Source of the DNA: Pseudobacteriovorax sp. | Lineage (GTDB): Bacteria > Bdellovibrionota_B > Oligoflexia > Oligoflexales > Oligoflexaceae | NCBI GenBank assembly: GCA_050293845.1 | Contig: JBNKNM010000143.1 | Location: forward strand, 1 to 14,379 | Length of the DNA stretch: 14,379 bases | Direction: 5' to 3' | Part shown: positions 6,003 through 14,379 of the stretch, one piece after another | How positions within the stretch are numbered: the stretch's first letter is position 1 | Layout: each line of letters starts with the position of its first letter | Translations under genes and position numbers: made by a program | The notes under the pieces: generated by a model | What the model was told of the DNA's origin: nothing | Database searches by the model: none | What the model saw: only the letters and a program-made list of their open reading frames with translations

Positions 6003-6983
6003 TTATACTAATACATGATCGAAGGCTTCATCCACGGACGGATTTGGTGAATTATCAGCAAATTCCTCAGCATCCTTGGCTTCCTGTTTTGCTGCCTTAT
6101 CCCACTCCTTTAGCTGCTCTTCTGTGGCGATCTTTTTTTCCACCAAAAAGCTTCCGAGGCGCTTAATAGGATCATAATTTTTTTGATACTCTTCCACTTC
6201 CTGCTTCGTCCTGTATGTCCCAGGGTCGGATACGGAATGACCCCGGTAACGATAAGTCAAAGCTTCTAGAAAATGGGGTTTTTTACCTTCCCTCATGGTC
6301 GCTGCTATCTTACCCACATGATCGCAGACTGCCATAGCATCCATACCATCCACATCCGAGTGGGTCATATCAAAGGCTAAAGCCCGTTTCCATAAGTGCT
6401 CTACACTGGTGGTGCGATGGATGTCTGTTCCCATGCCATATTTATTATTCTCGACAATAAATAATACAGGTAGACTCCAGGTAGCCGCCAGATTCATAGC
6501 TTCGAAAAACTGCCCTTGATTGGTGGCAGCATCACCCAAGTAGCAGACACAAATATCATCTGTTTCCTGATAGCGGATGGTAAACCCTACACCTGCGGCG
6601 ATAGGTACCTGCCCACCGACAATGCCATGGCCGCCAAGGAAGCGCAGAGGCTCTGAAAACATATGCATAGATCCCCCTTTCCCGCGACAAATGCCACCTT
6701 CCTTACCAAAAAGCTCAGCCATCACCTGCCCAGGCTTGATGCCTTTGCCGATAGCCTGGGTATGAGATCGATACCCTGAGATCAAGTAATCGGTAGGTCT
6801 AAGAACCTGTTGCACACCAACAGCCAGCCCCTCCTGCCCAATATGAAGATGACAGAAACCGGAAAATTTCCTTTTTGTGTAGGCTAAGCCTACTCGCTCT
6901 TCAAACCTTCTAAAGAGGCACATCTGCTGATACATGGAGATGAGCGTCTCGTGATCGATACTTAACTTTTTACTATTCGCCAT
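6003..6983 (-). CDS. pdhA: Pyruvate dehydrogenase E1 alpha subunit
   Basis: GFCHLHIGQE, GKGGSMH, TPP-binding GDAATNQG...ENN, TYRYRGHSVSDP. Confidence 0.96.
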   Translation of the reverse strand: MANSKKLSIDHETLISMYQQMCLFRRFEERVGLAYTKRKFSGFCHLHIGQEGLAVGVQQVLRPTDYLISGYRSHTQAIGKGIKPGQVMAELFGKEGGICRGKGGSMHMFSEPLRFLGGHGIVGGQVPIAAGVGFTIRYQETDDICVCYLGDAATNQGQFFEAMNLAATWSLPVLFIVENNKYGMGTDIHRTTSVEHLWKRALAFDMTHSDVDGMDAMAVCDHVGKIAATMREGKKPHFLEALTYRYRGHSVSDPGTYRTKQEVEEYQKNYDPIKRLGSFLVEKKIATEEQLKEWDKAAKQEAKDAEEFADNSPNPSVDEAFDHVLV

Positions 6984-7079
6984 ATTTTCTCCCTAACAGC
7001 ATAGACTATGAAAATAGTCCCGGCGGCAAAGCAATCATAGGAACTGCTGCCGCCAAATGATTGTCATGGTAACAAATCC

Positions 7080-8312
7080 TCAGTCAACCGCGCGAAATGC
7101 TATTGTTGCATTGGTACCCCCAAAGCCAAACGAATTTGACAAGGCGGCTCTTATTTTCTTTTCTCTAGCATGGTTTGGAGTGTAGTCCAAACGGCAATCG
7201 GGGTCAGGTGTAGTATAATTCGCAGTGGGAGGGACAATATTGTGATGAACCGATAATGCAGTATAGATTGCTTCTATGCCCCCTGCTGCTCCAATACAAT
7301 GCCCCGTAACTCCTTTTGTCGAAGAGATTGAGATCTGCTTTGCAGTAGCTCCAAAGGTCTTCTCTATGGCTTCCGATTCATATTGATCGTTCAGCTTTGT
7401 TGAGGTTCCATGGGCATTGATATAGTCCACGTCCTCTGGATTTAAGCCAGCACTGTCCAGAGCCATTTTCATACAGCGCTGGCCCCCTTCTCCATGGGGA
7501 GCAGGAGCTGTAATGTGATAACCATCTCCCGATAATCCATAGCCAATGACTTCTGCATATATGTGAGCACCGCGCTTCCTGGCAGCTTCATACTCTTCAA
7601 GAACAAGAATGCCTGCACCTTCGCCCATAATAAAGCCATCACGATGCAGATCAAAGGGCCGAGAGGCTATAGCTGGATTGTCATTAGCAGCACTAAGAGC
7701 TTTGAGGGCTGTAAAGGACGAAATTCCCAAAGGTGAAATAGTCGATTCGGCTCCGCCACAAACCATGGCATCCGCTACCCCTGTCTGAATATAACGGAAG
7801 GCTTCACCCACCGCGTGGCTGCCACTAGCACAAGCCGTTGTGGGACACATATTGGGGCCTTTCAGGCCAAAGTGAATCGATACATAGCCCGCTCCCATAT
7901 TGGGAATCGTGAACGGAATGAAGAAGGGAGAGATACGTCGCTCACCTCTTGCATCGAGGATACGAGTGCTGTTTTCGATAGACTCCAATGAGCCCATACC
8001 AACCCCGACAGCACAGCCAACCCTATGGGGGCGATTCGCAATTTCAATGCCAGAATCTTTGATGGCTTCTTGGCTCGCTACCACGGCAAACTGAACAAAA
8101 CGACTTAGTTTTCGTTGTTCTTTTACATCAATCACAGCGGAAGGATCAAAGTCTTTCACCTCCCCAGCAATTTTTACTTTCTGGCCTTTTGGGTCGAAAA
8201 GGGATATCCGTGTCACTCCAGACTGGGCGTTTAAAGCGGCTTTCCAAGCCTCTTTAACACAAGAACCTGTTGGAGCTACCATCCCTAAACCAGTTATTAC
8301 GACACGCCTCAT
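7080..8312 (-). CDS. fabF: 3-oxoacyl-ACP synthase II (410 aa from the ATG at 8312)
   Basis: MRRVVITGLG start with GAGGGTG RBS; Cys-His-His triad in TACASG, NAHGTST and GHCIGAAG; C-terminal SNSFGFGGTN. Confidence 0.95.
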   Translation of the reverse strand: MRRVVITGLGMVAPTGSCVKEAWKAALNAQSGVTRISLFDPKGQKVKIAGEVKDFDPSAVIDVKEQRKLSRFVQFAVVASQEAIKDSGIEIANRPHRVGCAVGVGMGSLESIENSTRILDARGERRISPFFIPFTIPNMGAGYVSIHFGLKGPNMCPTTACASGSHAVGEAFRYIQTGVADAMVCGGAESTISPLGISSFTALKALSAANDNPAIASRPFDLHRDGFIMGEGAGILVLEEYEAARKRGAHIYAEVIGYGLSGDGYHITAPAPHGEGGQRCMKMALDSAGLNPEDVDYINAHGTSTKLNDQYESEAIEKTFGATAKQISISSTKGVTGHCIGAAGGIEAIYTALSVHHNIVPPTANYTTPDPDCRLDYTPNHAREKKIRAALSNSFGFGGTNATIAFRAVD

Positions 8313-8430
8313 TATCACCCTCTGCTCTAATTGACATGAAAGTTCTACCATCCAATTATCAAATACCTTACGGGATAGCACTCTATTTTTTGTGTAGAGT
8401 TTGTAAAAACTACATATACATCTTTTCAAT

Positions 8431-9639
8431 TCATGGCAGCGATCGAGGTCGTCGTAATTTCTTTAGTCCTGGAATATATCGGGGGTCCAATGTCGACTCC
8501 GAAGGTGGCAGACGATTTTTTTGGACAACCAAGAACGTACCAAAACTCAGCAAGATGACATTTGGCAGCCATGCTGCCATGGGAGCACCTATCATGCCCT
8601 TTTCTGCAGCAAACTTAAAAGCCATGAGAAATACATAGCCTAATATAATAGTTAAAACAGCTCCCAAGTAACCAAAACTTCTCCCTTTTCGCTCATCTTG
8701 TATGCCCAAGACCATTGCAAAACAAGCAAAGGTGATGCACGAAAACGGCAGTCCTATACGCTGGTGGAGAAGAAAGCGTGCCTTATAGTATTCTTGTCGC
8801 TTAATCGGGTCCGTTGTCTCTTTCAAGGAATCTACATGATTCCACAGTTGCAGCGGGGTATAGCTACGATAGTCATCGCTTGCAGAGTCAGGGCCAAAAA
8901 TTTGCTCTTGAAAAATGCGGATAAGATCCAGTTCGGCCTTTTTAAACTTTACCACCGAAATTTCGTCGCTACCCGAGCTATTGGAATAAATCACACCATG
9001 TCCGAAAGACATTCTTAGATTCCCTTCCTCCACAGAGCCTTTCACACCACCCATAGGTGCCAGTAGGGTGAAGTTCTGATCTTTATTCTTACCACCGGGT
9101 GCCAGCATCACGTTCTCAAATCGGGTGCGATCCGGGGATATCGACTCCGCATAGAGCACATAACCTAAAAAGTCATCAAGGAAGACTCCCGGTTTTAATT
9201 TGACCCGCAACATGTTATCCAATTCGGTTTGTGTTTTGCGATGGTAAAATTGAATCGTTTCGCGCCTTCCCCAGGGCTCGAAATTCAAAGCGCAAAAAAC
9301 AGCTACGCCATATAAAATGGCACCGATAAGCATGACTGGTACCGCCGCCCTTTTAAGGGAATAGCCAGCAGCGAGCATGGCAGTAAACTCGCCGTCGGAA
9401 GAAAATCGGCTAAATGCCAAGAGAACAGCAAACATATAGGCTATGGGGATGGTAAATGCCAAAAAAGGTACCATAATAAATAGAAAAGGTAGGAGAATGT
9501 TTTCCAGTGTTAACCCAAAGGTAACAAGCACCTCGGACAAGCGTATGAGCTGGGACACCACTATCACTGCACTCAGAACACATAGGGAAGTTATAAACTG
9601 CGGTAAAATTTCTTTTAAAAAGTAAATAAATAGCGTCAA
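8431..9639 (-). CDS. LptF/LptG-family LPS export permease (LptF-like)
   Basis: YFLKEI, 3 TM, FSSDGEFTAMLAAG, periplasmic domain, 3 TM ending AAWLPN. Likely TTG start at 9639 (AAGGA RBS, 7-nt spacing) rather than 9711. Confidence 0.88.
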   Translation of the reverse strand: MTLFIYFLKEILPQFITSLCVLSAVIVVSQLIRLSEVLVTFGLTLENILLPFLFIMVPFLAFTIPIAYMFAVLLAFSRFSSDGEFTAMLAAGYSLKRAAVPVMLIGAILYGVAVFCALNFEPWGRRETIQFYHRKTQTELDNMLRVKLKPGVFLDDFLGYVLYAESISPDRTRFENVMLAPGGKNKDQNFTLLAPMGGVKGSVEEGNLRMSFGHGVIYSNSSGSDEISVVKFKKAELDLIRIFQEQIFGPDSASDDYRSYTPLQLWNHVDSLKETTDPIKRQEYYKARFLLHQRIGLPFSCITFACFAMVLGIQDERKGRSFGYLGAVLTIILGYVFLMAFKFAAEKGMIGAPMAAWLPNVILLSFGTFLVVQKNRLPPSESTLDPRYIPGLKKLRRPRSLP

Positions 9640-9756
9640 AAATTTTTCCTTAAGGAGCTTTTGTCCAAATTGGTGCTTTGTAGCCCAGATCGAGATATTA
9701 AATGCCCTCATGATCCGATATAATGATTAGGTCACTTTGAACCAAGGAGCAGCTAA

Positions 9757-10950
9757 TTGCCTGCAACTATATATAAATACTACATTTCCTTACTTTTTTC
9801 GATATGGGTTTGGTGTATAATTTCTCCGGTTTTGGCAAAGGATAGTAATAAAGACATCCCCATAACCTTCCCCTCTTGGGAACATGCTGCCATCGCCCAT
9901 ATCAACAACCGTCCCGTACATATAGTTCCACGGATTCAATCGAGATTAAAACAATTTTTAAGGCACAGAGGAGATCCTGTTGCCGCCATGATGATTGTCG
10001 AGGTCAGTAGTGGCAACATCCTAGCTATGGTTCAAGGGGCTTCCCCAACCACTTGGAATAGTCTCACTAATACTAACTTACATACAGGCTTTCCAGCAGC
10101 CTCCCTATTTAAGACTGTCGTAGCTGCGGCAGCTTTAGAGAACATGCCTTTAGATCCGCGTAAGAAATTTATCCTTGATGGGGGGTGCGGCACCATCAGC
10201 CCCAAAGGCTATTGGATGCGAAACGATCTGAAAGGACGTCGCTTCCAACTCGATTTACGCCGCGCTTATGGGTCAAGCTGTAATGGTTTCTTTGCAAAAA
10301 TGGCAGTCAATGAAATTGGTTTTGGCCCCATACTGGATATGGCACATCGATTTGGTTGGAATCAGAATGGAGTTCCCGCCGATTTTACCATACCTGTGAG
10401 CCCCATAAAGCCCCCAGACCCCAGTGTTTCTTCCGCCCATATGGTGGGTCGTTTCGCGGCTGGATTTGGTTATGTGGGATTATCTGTGGCCCACGCCGTT
10501 TGGCAGATGCTCGCTATCGCCAACTATGGCTACGCTAAACCCCTATCTCTTTTCAGCGATGATATAGACCAGAGCATAGCCCCCGTTCCCCATCGACAAA
10601 TCATTCAACCCACAACGGCTGAAGATTTACTCAGTATTATGGACGCTACGATTCTTGGGGGCACCGCCAGCTCGTCTTTTAAAAGGGGGCGTTACCGTAA
10701 AATTCGTCGTCATATCGGAGGAAAAACTGGAACCCTTACGGGATCTTTTCCTAGAGGTGTGACAACCTGGTTTGCTGGTATGTACCCATTGGATCAACCA
10801 GAAATTGTGGTAGCATCAGTGGTAGTGCTTAAAGATCTTTGGCATATCAAGGCTTCAGACCTGGCAGCAGAGGGAATCATTTCCTACATTGATTTCAAGA
10901 GAAGCTCTAAGATTGCGAAACTAAAGATTAATCAAGGTAACAAAAATTAG
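9757..10950 (+). CDS. Penicillin-binding protein, transpeptidase-domain-only, with N-terminal signal/TM segment
   Basis: SxxK (SLFK), SxN (SCN), KTG (GKTGT), plus WFAG; TTG start with AAGGAG RBS. Confidence 0.88.
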   Translation: MPATIYKYYISLLFSIWVWCIISPVLAKDSNKDIPITFPSWEHAAIAHINNRPVHIVPRIQSRLKQFLRHRGDPVAAMMIVEVSSGNILAMVQGASPTTWNSLTNTNLHTGFPAASLFKTVVAAAALENMPLDPRKKFILDGGCGTISPKGYWMRNDLKGRRFQLDLRRAYGSSCNGFFAKMAVNEIGFGPILDMAHRFGWNQNGVPADFTIPVSPIKPPDPSVSSAHMVGRFAAGFGYVGLSVAHAVWQMLAIANYGYAKPLSLFSDDIDQSIAPVPHRQIIQPTTAEDLLSIMDATILGGTASSSFKRGRYRKIRRHIGGKTGTLTGSFPRGVTTWFAGMYPLDQPEIVVASVVVLKDLWHIKASDLAAEGIISYIDFKRSSKIAKLKINQGNKN

Positions 10951-11041
10951 AACGCTACTATCTTTTAATACGAATTGACCTACCTGCTTGTTCTTTGTTA
11001 CCAAGCCTATCGCTACTTATTCAAACTTGAGGTCCACCAAT

Positions 11042-11974
11042 ATGAGTCAAAACACCATTCCCGTAGTCGATTTAGAAGATTATTTGTCGGATGATCCTAC
11101 TCGTCGTCAAACATTTGTAGATGCTGTTGGGAGCTCCCTCCGTGACATCGGCTTTTTCGCCTTAATCAATCACCGGATTGATAACGACCTCAAAGACAAT
11201 GCGTATCGTGTATCACAAGAGTTCTTCGACCTTCCCGACTCAGCTAAGGCTGCCTATGAAAAGCTAGAAATTAAAGGACAAAGGGGTTACACCTCATTCG
11301 GTCGTGAACACGCTAAAGATTCTAACGCTCCAGACCTAAAAGAGTTTTGGCATGTGGGCCAAGAACACCCTCAATCAGATTACCCTGCAAATATTTGGCC
11401 CCAAGAATTACCTGAATTCCAAAAAGTGATGACATCCGTTTACAGCAAATTAGAATCCTGCGCCTTTTCAGTTCTGGAAGCATGTTCTCTATTTATCAAT
11501 GAAGATAAGAAAGTTCTTAGGGAAATGGCAGAAGACGGAAACACCATCCTCCGGCTCATCCATTACCCACCCATCCCTGATGATGCTCATCCATCAAGTG
11601 TTAGGGCTGCTGCCCATGAAGACATCAATCTGATTACGCTGCTTATAGATGCCACAAGCTCGGGCCTTGAAATCCTTGATCGCCATAACAATTGGCTACC
11701 TGTGGTCACTCCTAACAATAGCATTATTATCGACTCCGGAGATATGCTGCAGAACGTTACCAATGGGTATTTCAAAGCAACAACTCATCGGGTCGTAAAC
11801 CCAGAGGATTCCAGACAACGACGGTTTTCTATGCCATTTTTCGTTCATGCTCGCAGTGAAGTGCCTTTGAATCCACTTCCAAGCTGCCTGGCATTGACAG
11901 GGGATCAAAAATATCCCGATATTACTGCTGGACAGTATCTCCATCAACGACTGGTAGAAATCGGCTTGGCTTAA
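11042..11974 (+). CDS. Isopenicillin N synthase-family 2OG-Fe(II) oxygenase (310 aa from the ATG at 11042)
   Basis: IPVVDL..GFFALINH N-terminus, LRLIHYPP, HxD (HED), distal His (THRV), RxS (RFS); GAGG RBS before 11042. Confidence 0.92.
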   Translation: MSQNTIPVVDLEDYLSDDPTRRQTFVDAVGSSLRDIGFFALINHRIDNDLKDNAYRVSQEFFDLPDSAKAAYEKLEIKGQRGYTSFGREHAKDSNAPDLKEFWHVGQEHPQSDYPANIWPQELPEFQKVMTSVYSKLESCAFSVLEACSLFINEDKKVLREMAEDGNTILRLIHYPPIPDDAHPSSVRAAAHEDINLITLLIDATSSGLEILDRHNNWLPVVTPNNSIIIDSGDMLQNVTNGYFKATTHRVVNPEDSRQRRFSMPFFVHARSEVPLNPLPSCLALTGDQKYPDITAGQYLHQRLVEIGLA

Positions 11975-14004
11975 ACTACTTCCGGATCTTTGCGAGAACG
12001 ACTTCGGGGGTCTTGATAAAGGCTCAAATTACTAGCGATTAATGTTTGCCCCTCCAGCTGGGGGGTGAATTTAATTTGCATACCAGCCTCTACCTTAAAT
12101 ATACTCGCTTTTTTAATATCATAGGGGAAAAACATAATTTGCCGGGCTCCTAGGCTGGAATCATCAACCTTAAGCCACCCTACCCTTGATGGGTTGTAAG
12201 ACATCACTTCACCAACAAATTCATTCTTGATGGTAGTACGATCCACTGTCATAGACCCGGATAGATCGAGTTTTTCCAGGGCAGATTTCATAGCTATGTG
12301 CTTATCATCACCTTTTTTAACCATTACATAGAGCATATGTTTAGCTCTTGTACTCGCCACATAGAACAGGCTCGACATAATGGGATTCGTAATAGACAGG
12401 TTATATTCACTGAGATTGACAATGATTCCTACATGGGTTTCTAAACCTTTGAATCCAGCTATAGTGGATACGCGGGTTTTGGCTTGCATTTCCTTATCTG
12501 TCCAGCGCTCGACCTTAGCAGGAGTCATATGAATCAGTTCGTGCTTGCCCAATTTTTTATGATTGTGCAGAATAGAACCGTCATGAAACGGCTTTCTGGC
12601 ACTCAATAATGTCACTTCTTGAGGACTTAAACCTTCCACCTGATAAAGCCGACTCAACAGATCCTTTAACTTATGCCGGGCATCTTGCTCATCTTCATAT
12701 ACGACAAGTTCTGGCACATAGCCCAACCTCCCCGAGTGACTTTGGAGAATCTCCCGACCCGTTCGAAATGAACGCGAAAATGTCGATATTTCTCTTGTTG
12801 TCCGATAATTATTGACCAAAGGAAAGTATGGAGTATCTATGGGTAGCACGTCTTCGGGTATAAAAGTTTCTTCAGCTGAGCCGGAGCCAAAAACCCCTTG
12901 ACTGCGATCAAAAAAGATATAGAAATGACTCTCTCCTTCGTCCCGCAGAACGGTTTCAATGGATTCCCACCAAAAAGGCTGCACATCCTGGGCTTCATCA
13001 CAGAGCAAGACATCGTAACGCACATCAGACGCCAGAATCGCTTCCTTCAATCGCTCGGGTCCCACATACTGAATCCAATCATCTCGCTTGCCTTCAAACT
13101 GAGCAGGTCGTCGCAACAGCTCGACTCCATATGACGATGCTAGCTCCGCGTAAGTTTTGACTTCGATCTCTTCCCCAACCTGGTCTTTGAGAAAAGTATT
13201 TAACATCGCGTTGCTGGATAACAGTAGAACTTTCTTACCTAAATTGCGAAAGTGTTTTGCCAGAATCATGGCCAGTAATGTTTTGCCTGTTCCTGCTTCG
13301 CCTTCAATGGCTAATCTTTGCGCGCCAGCGATGGGAGTCACTAAAGTCTCGTGTACTGTCTCCACATCCTTAACCTTCATTTCGTGATTATCTAAATAAT
13401 CACGCAAATAAAGTTTTGTGGAATAGGAAGCACCCTTCAGGGTCAAATCGATGCTCTTGCGAACATCGGAAAAATGCAAATATTTTTCTGGATGAACCTT
13501 GGCACAAACTTCCTGCAGATAGGATTCCAACTGGGTGAGGCGATTGCGACCTAGAATCAGCATGGGCTCGACTTCCGCACCGTTGACGATATCCGATTCC
13601 ACGACATTGGGAAAACAAACTAAATGCGTGGCAGGTACCTTGATGCCACGGCCTTTCATAAACCGTAGAAATCGACTTTTCCAAACTAAAGCCTGTTGAA
13701 AGGGATTCCTGATGGAGAAGGATTTCCCATGGCGGTTGATGGAATGAAATTCCCCACTACTAACATCGTACTTGATTTGACCGCCTTTAACTTCAATGAC
13801 AAAGACCCCATGTTGCGGATGATAAAGCACAAAATCGATTTCATTATCCAGCAAGCCCCTACCGGGCTCCAGGGCCGAAAGGGTGCATGAGTAATAGACA
13901 CTCCAGCTTTTGGGGAGGTTTCTACATTTTTCATAAAATTGTTCTTCTGCCTGACTGGCAAATACTACGCGGGATGAGTTCGCATCGGGGTAAATCTGGG
14001 CCAT
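11971..14004 (-). CDS. NERD (PD-(D/E)xK) nuclease fused to an SF1/UvrD-like helicase with a C-terminal cold-shock-like domain
   Basis: EIDFVL...VIEVKGG (NERD), Walker A GEAGTGKT, Walker B LCDEAQD, NYRTT, STIAGFKGLE, YVASTRAK. Start at ATG 14004 or TTG 14016. Stop overlaps the oxygenase stop within TTAA at 11971-11974. Confidence 0.88.
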   Translation of the reverse strand: MAQIYPDANSSRVVFASQAEEQFYEKCRNLPKSWSVYYSCTLSALEPGRGLLDNEIDFVLYHPQHGVFVIEVKGGQIKYDVSSGEFHSINRHGKSFSIRNPFQQALVWKSRFLRFMKGRGIKVPATHLVCFPNVVESDIVNGAEVEPMLILGRNRLTQLESYLQEVCAKVHPEKYLHFSDVRKSIDLTLKGASYSTKLYLRDYLDNHEMKVKDVETVHETLVTPIAGAQRLAIEGEAGTGKTLLAMILAKHFRNLGKKVLLLSSNAMLNTFLKDQVGEEIEVKTYAELASSYGVELLRRPAQFEGKRDDWIQYVGPERLKEAILASDVRYDVLLCDEAQDVQPFWWESIETVLRDEGESHFYIFFDRSQGVFGSGSAEETFIPEDVLPIDTPYFPLVNNYRTTREISTFSRSFRTGREILQSHSGRLGYVPELVVYEDEQDARHKLKDLLSRLYQVEGLSPQEVTLLSARKPFHDGSILHNHKKLGKHELIHMTPAKVERWTDKEMQAKTRVSTIAGFKGLETHVGIIVNLSEYNLSITNPIMSSLFYVASTRAKHMLYVMVKKGDDKHIAMKSALEKLDLSGSMTVDRTTIKNEFVGEVMSYNPSRVGWLKVDDSSLGARQIMFFPYDIKKASIFKVEAGMQIKFTPQLEGQTLIASNLSLYQDPRSRSRKDPEVV

Positions 14005-14336
14005 GGGAGTTTCCAATTTGATAGGTGCAACAACTACAATATTACCACGGTTGTACTTTCAAATTCTAAGCCAGTGCTAAGTATCTATTATTGCAGGAAG
14101 CTATGCTTCCTCTTCCCAGAATCTCTGAGCAATTGTCAAAAAGATGTTCATCACGAAGCGGTGCTATAACTGAGTATCTTTCTTATCGAGAAATAATTTA
14201 TAATTTTATCTGATAGTCACAAAAAGATTAGCTTGCGATGGCTTTATTAAAATTAATCTGCTCTAGTTTCTATAGAATCCGAAACGGGCTTACTAGAGCG
14301 AATAGTAAGGTTCAGTGCAGTCTTCAGCCAAAAAGC

Positions 14337-14369
14337 AAAACCCCGACTTATTTCTAAGCCGGGGTTTTT
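14337..14369. terminator. Rho-independent terminator, probably bidirectional (best on the minus strand)
   Basis: Minus strand: CCCCGGCTTA-GAAA-TAAGTCGGGG-TTTTGCTTTTT. The plus strand has one mismatch in the stem and a TTTTT tail. Confidence 0.85.
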
Positions 14370-14379
14370 ATATTTTAAG

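Noticed and set aside
8313..8429. N-terminal extension of FabF in the ORF track (similar extensions for the ORFs starting at 1728, 9711 and 10988)
   Set aside because: Downstream starts have clear RBSs and coincide with family N-termini or the signal peptide.
11042..11974. True isopenicillin N synthase or a beta-lactam biosynthetic cluster with a self-resistance PBP
   Set aside because: No ACV synthetase or other biosynthetic genes are in the window, and the motifs are generic to the 2OG-Fe(II) family.
11971..11974. Overlapping stop codons (TTAA) of convergent genes as a regulatory or insertion signal
   Set aside because: Short overlaps of convergent stop codons are common in compact genomes, and nothing else supports a special role.
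1..14379. CRISPR array associated with the TnpB (Cas12-like system)
   Set aside because: I found no regularly spaced direct repeats anywhere in the window.

Overview
Bacterial (diderm) chromosomal window with two parts separated by a tRNA-Arg(CCT) gene (3568-3642, minus strand). To the right is a housekeeping block: pdhC-pdhB-pdhA, fabF, a lone LptF/LptG permease, a divergent signal-peptide transpeptidase-only PBP, an IPNS-family 2OG-Fe(II) oxygenase, and a convergent NERD nuclease-SF1 helicase with a cold-shock-like C-terminal domain. To the left, downstream of the tRNA 3' end, is an AT-rich accessory region. It holds a complete IS605-group element (1829-~3492) with divergent tnpA/tnpB, readable ends (TTTAA target, TCAA right end) and a compact 345-aa TnpB with a rearranged RuvC-II site. 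It also holds the right end of a second, diverged IS605-type copy at 1-77 in the opposite orientation. Between these two inward-facing right ends (omegaRNA ends) lies a coupled two-gene cassette: a secreted Cys-rich protein with a TonB-box-like N-terminus and a CPBP/Abi membrane protease, a candidate toxin-immunity pair. Taxonomy cannot be fixed from the sequence; a Bdellovibrionota/deltaproteobacteria-like host is only my impression. All calls are from motif reading, not database searches.
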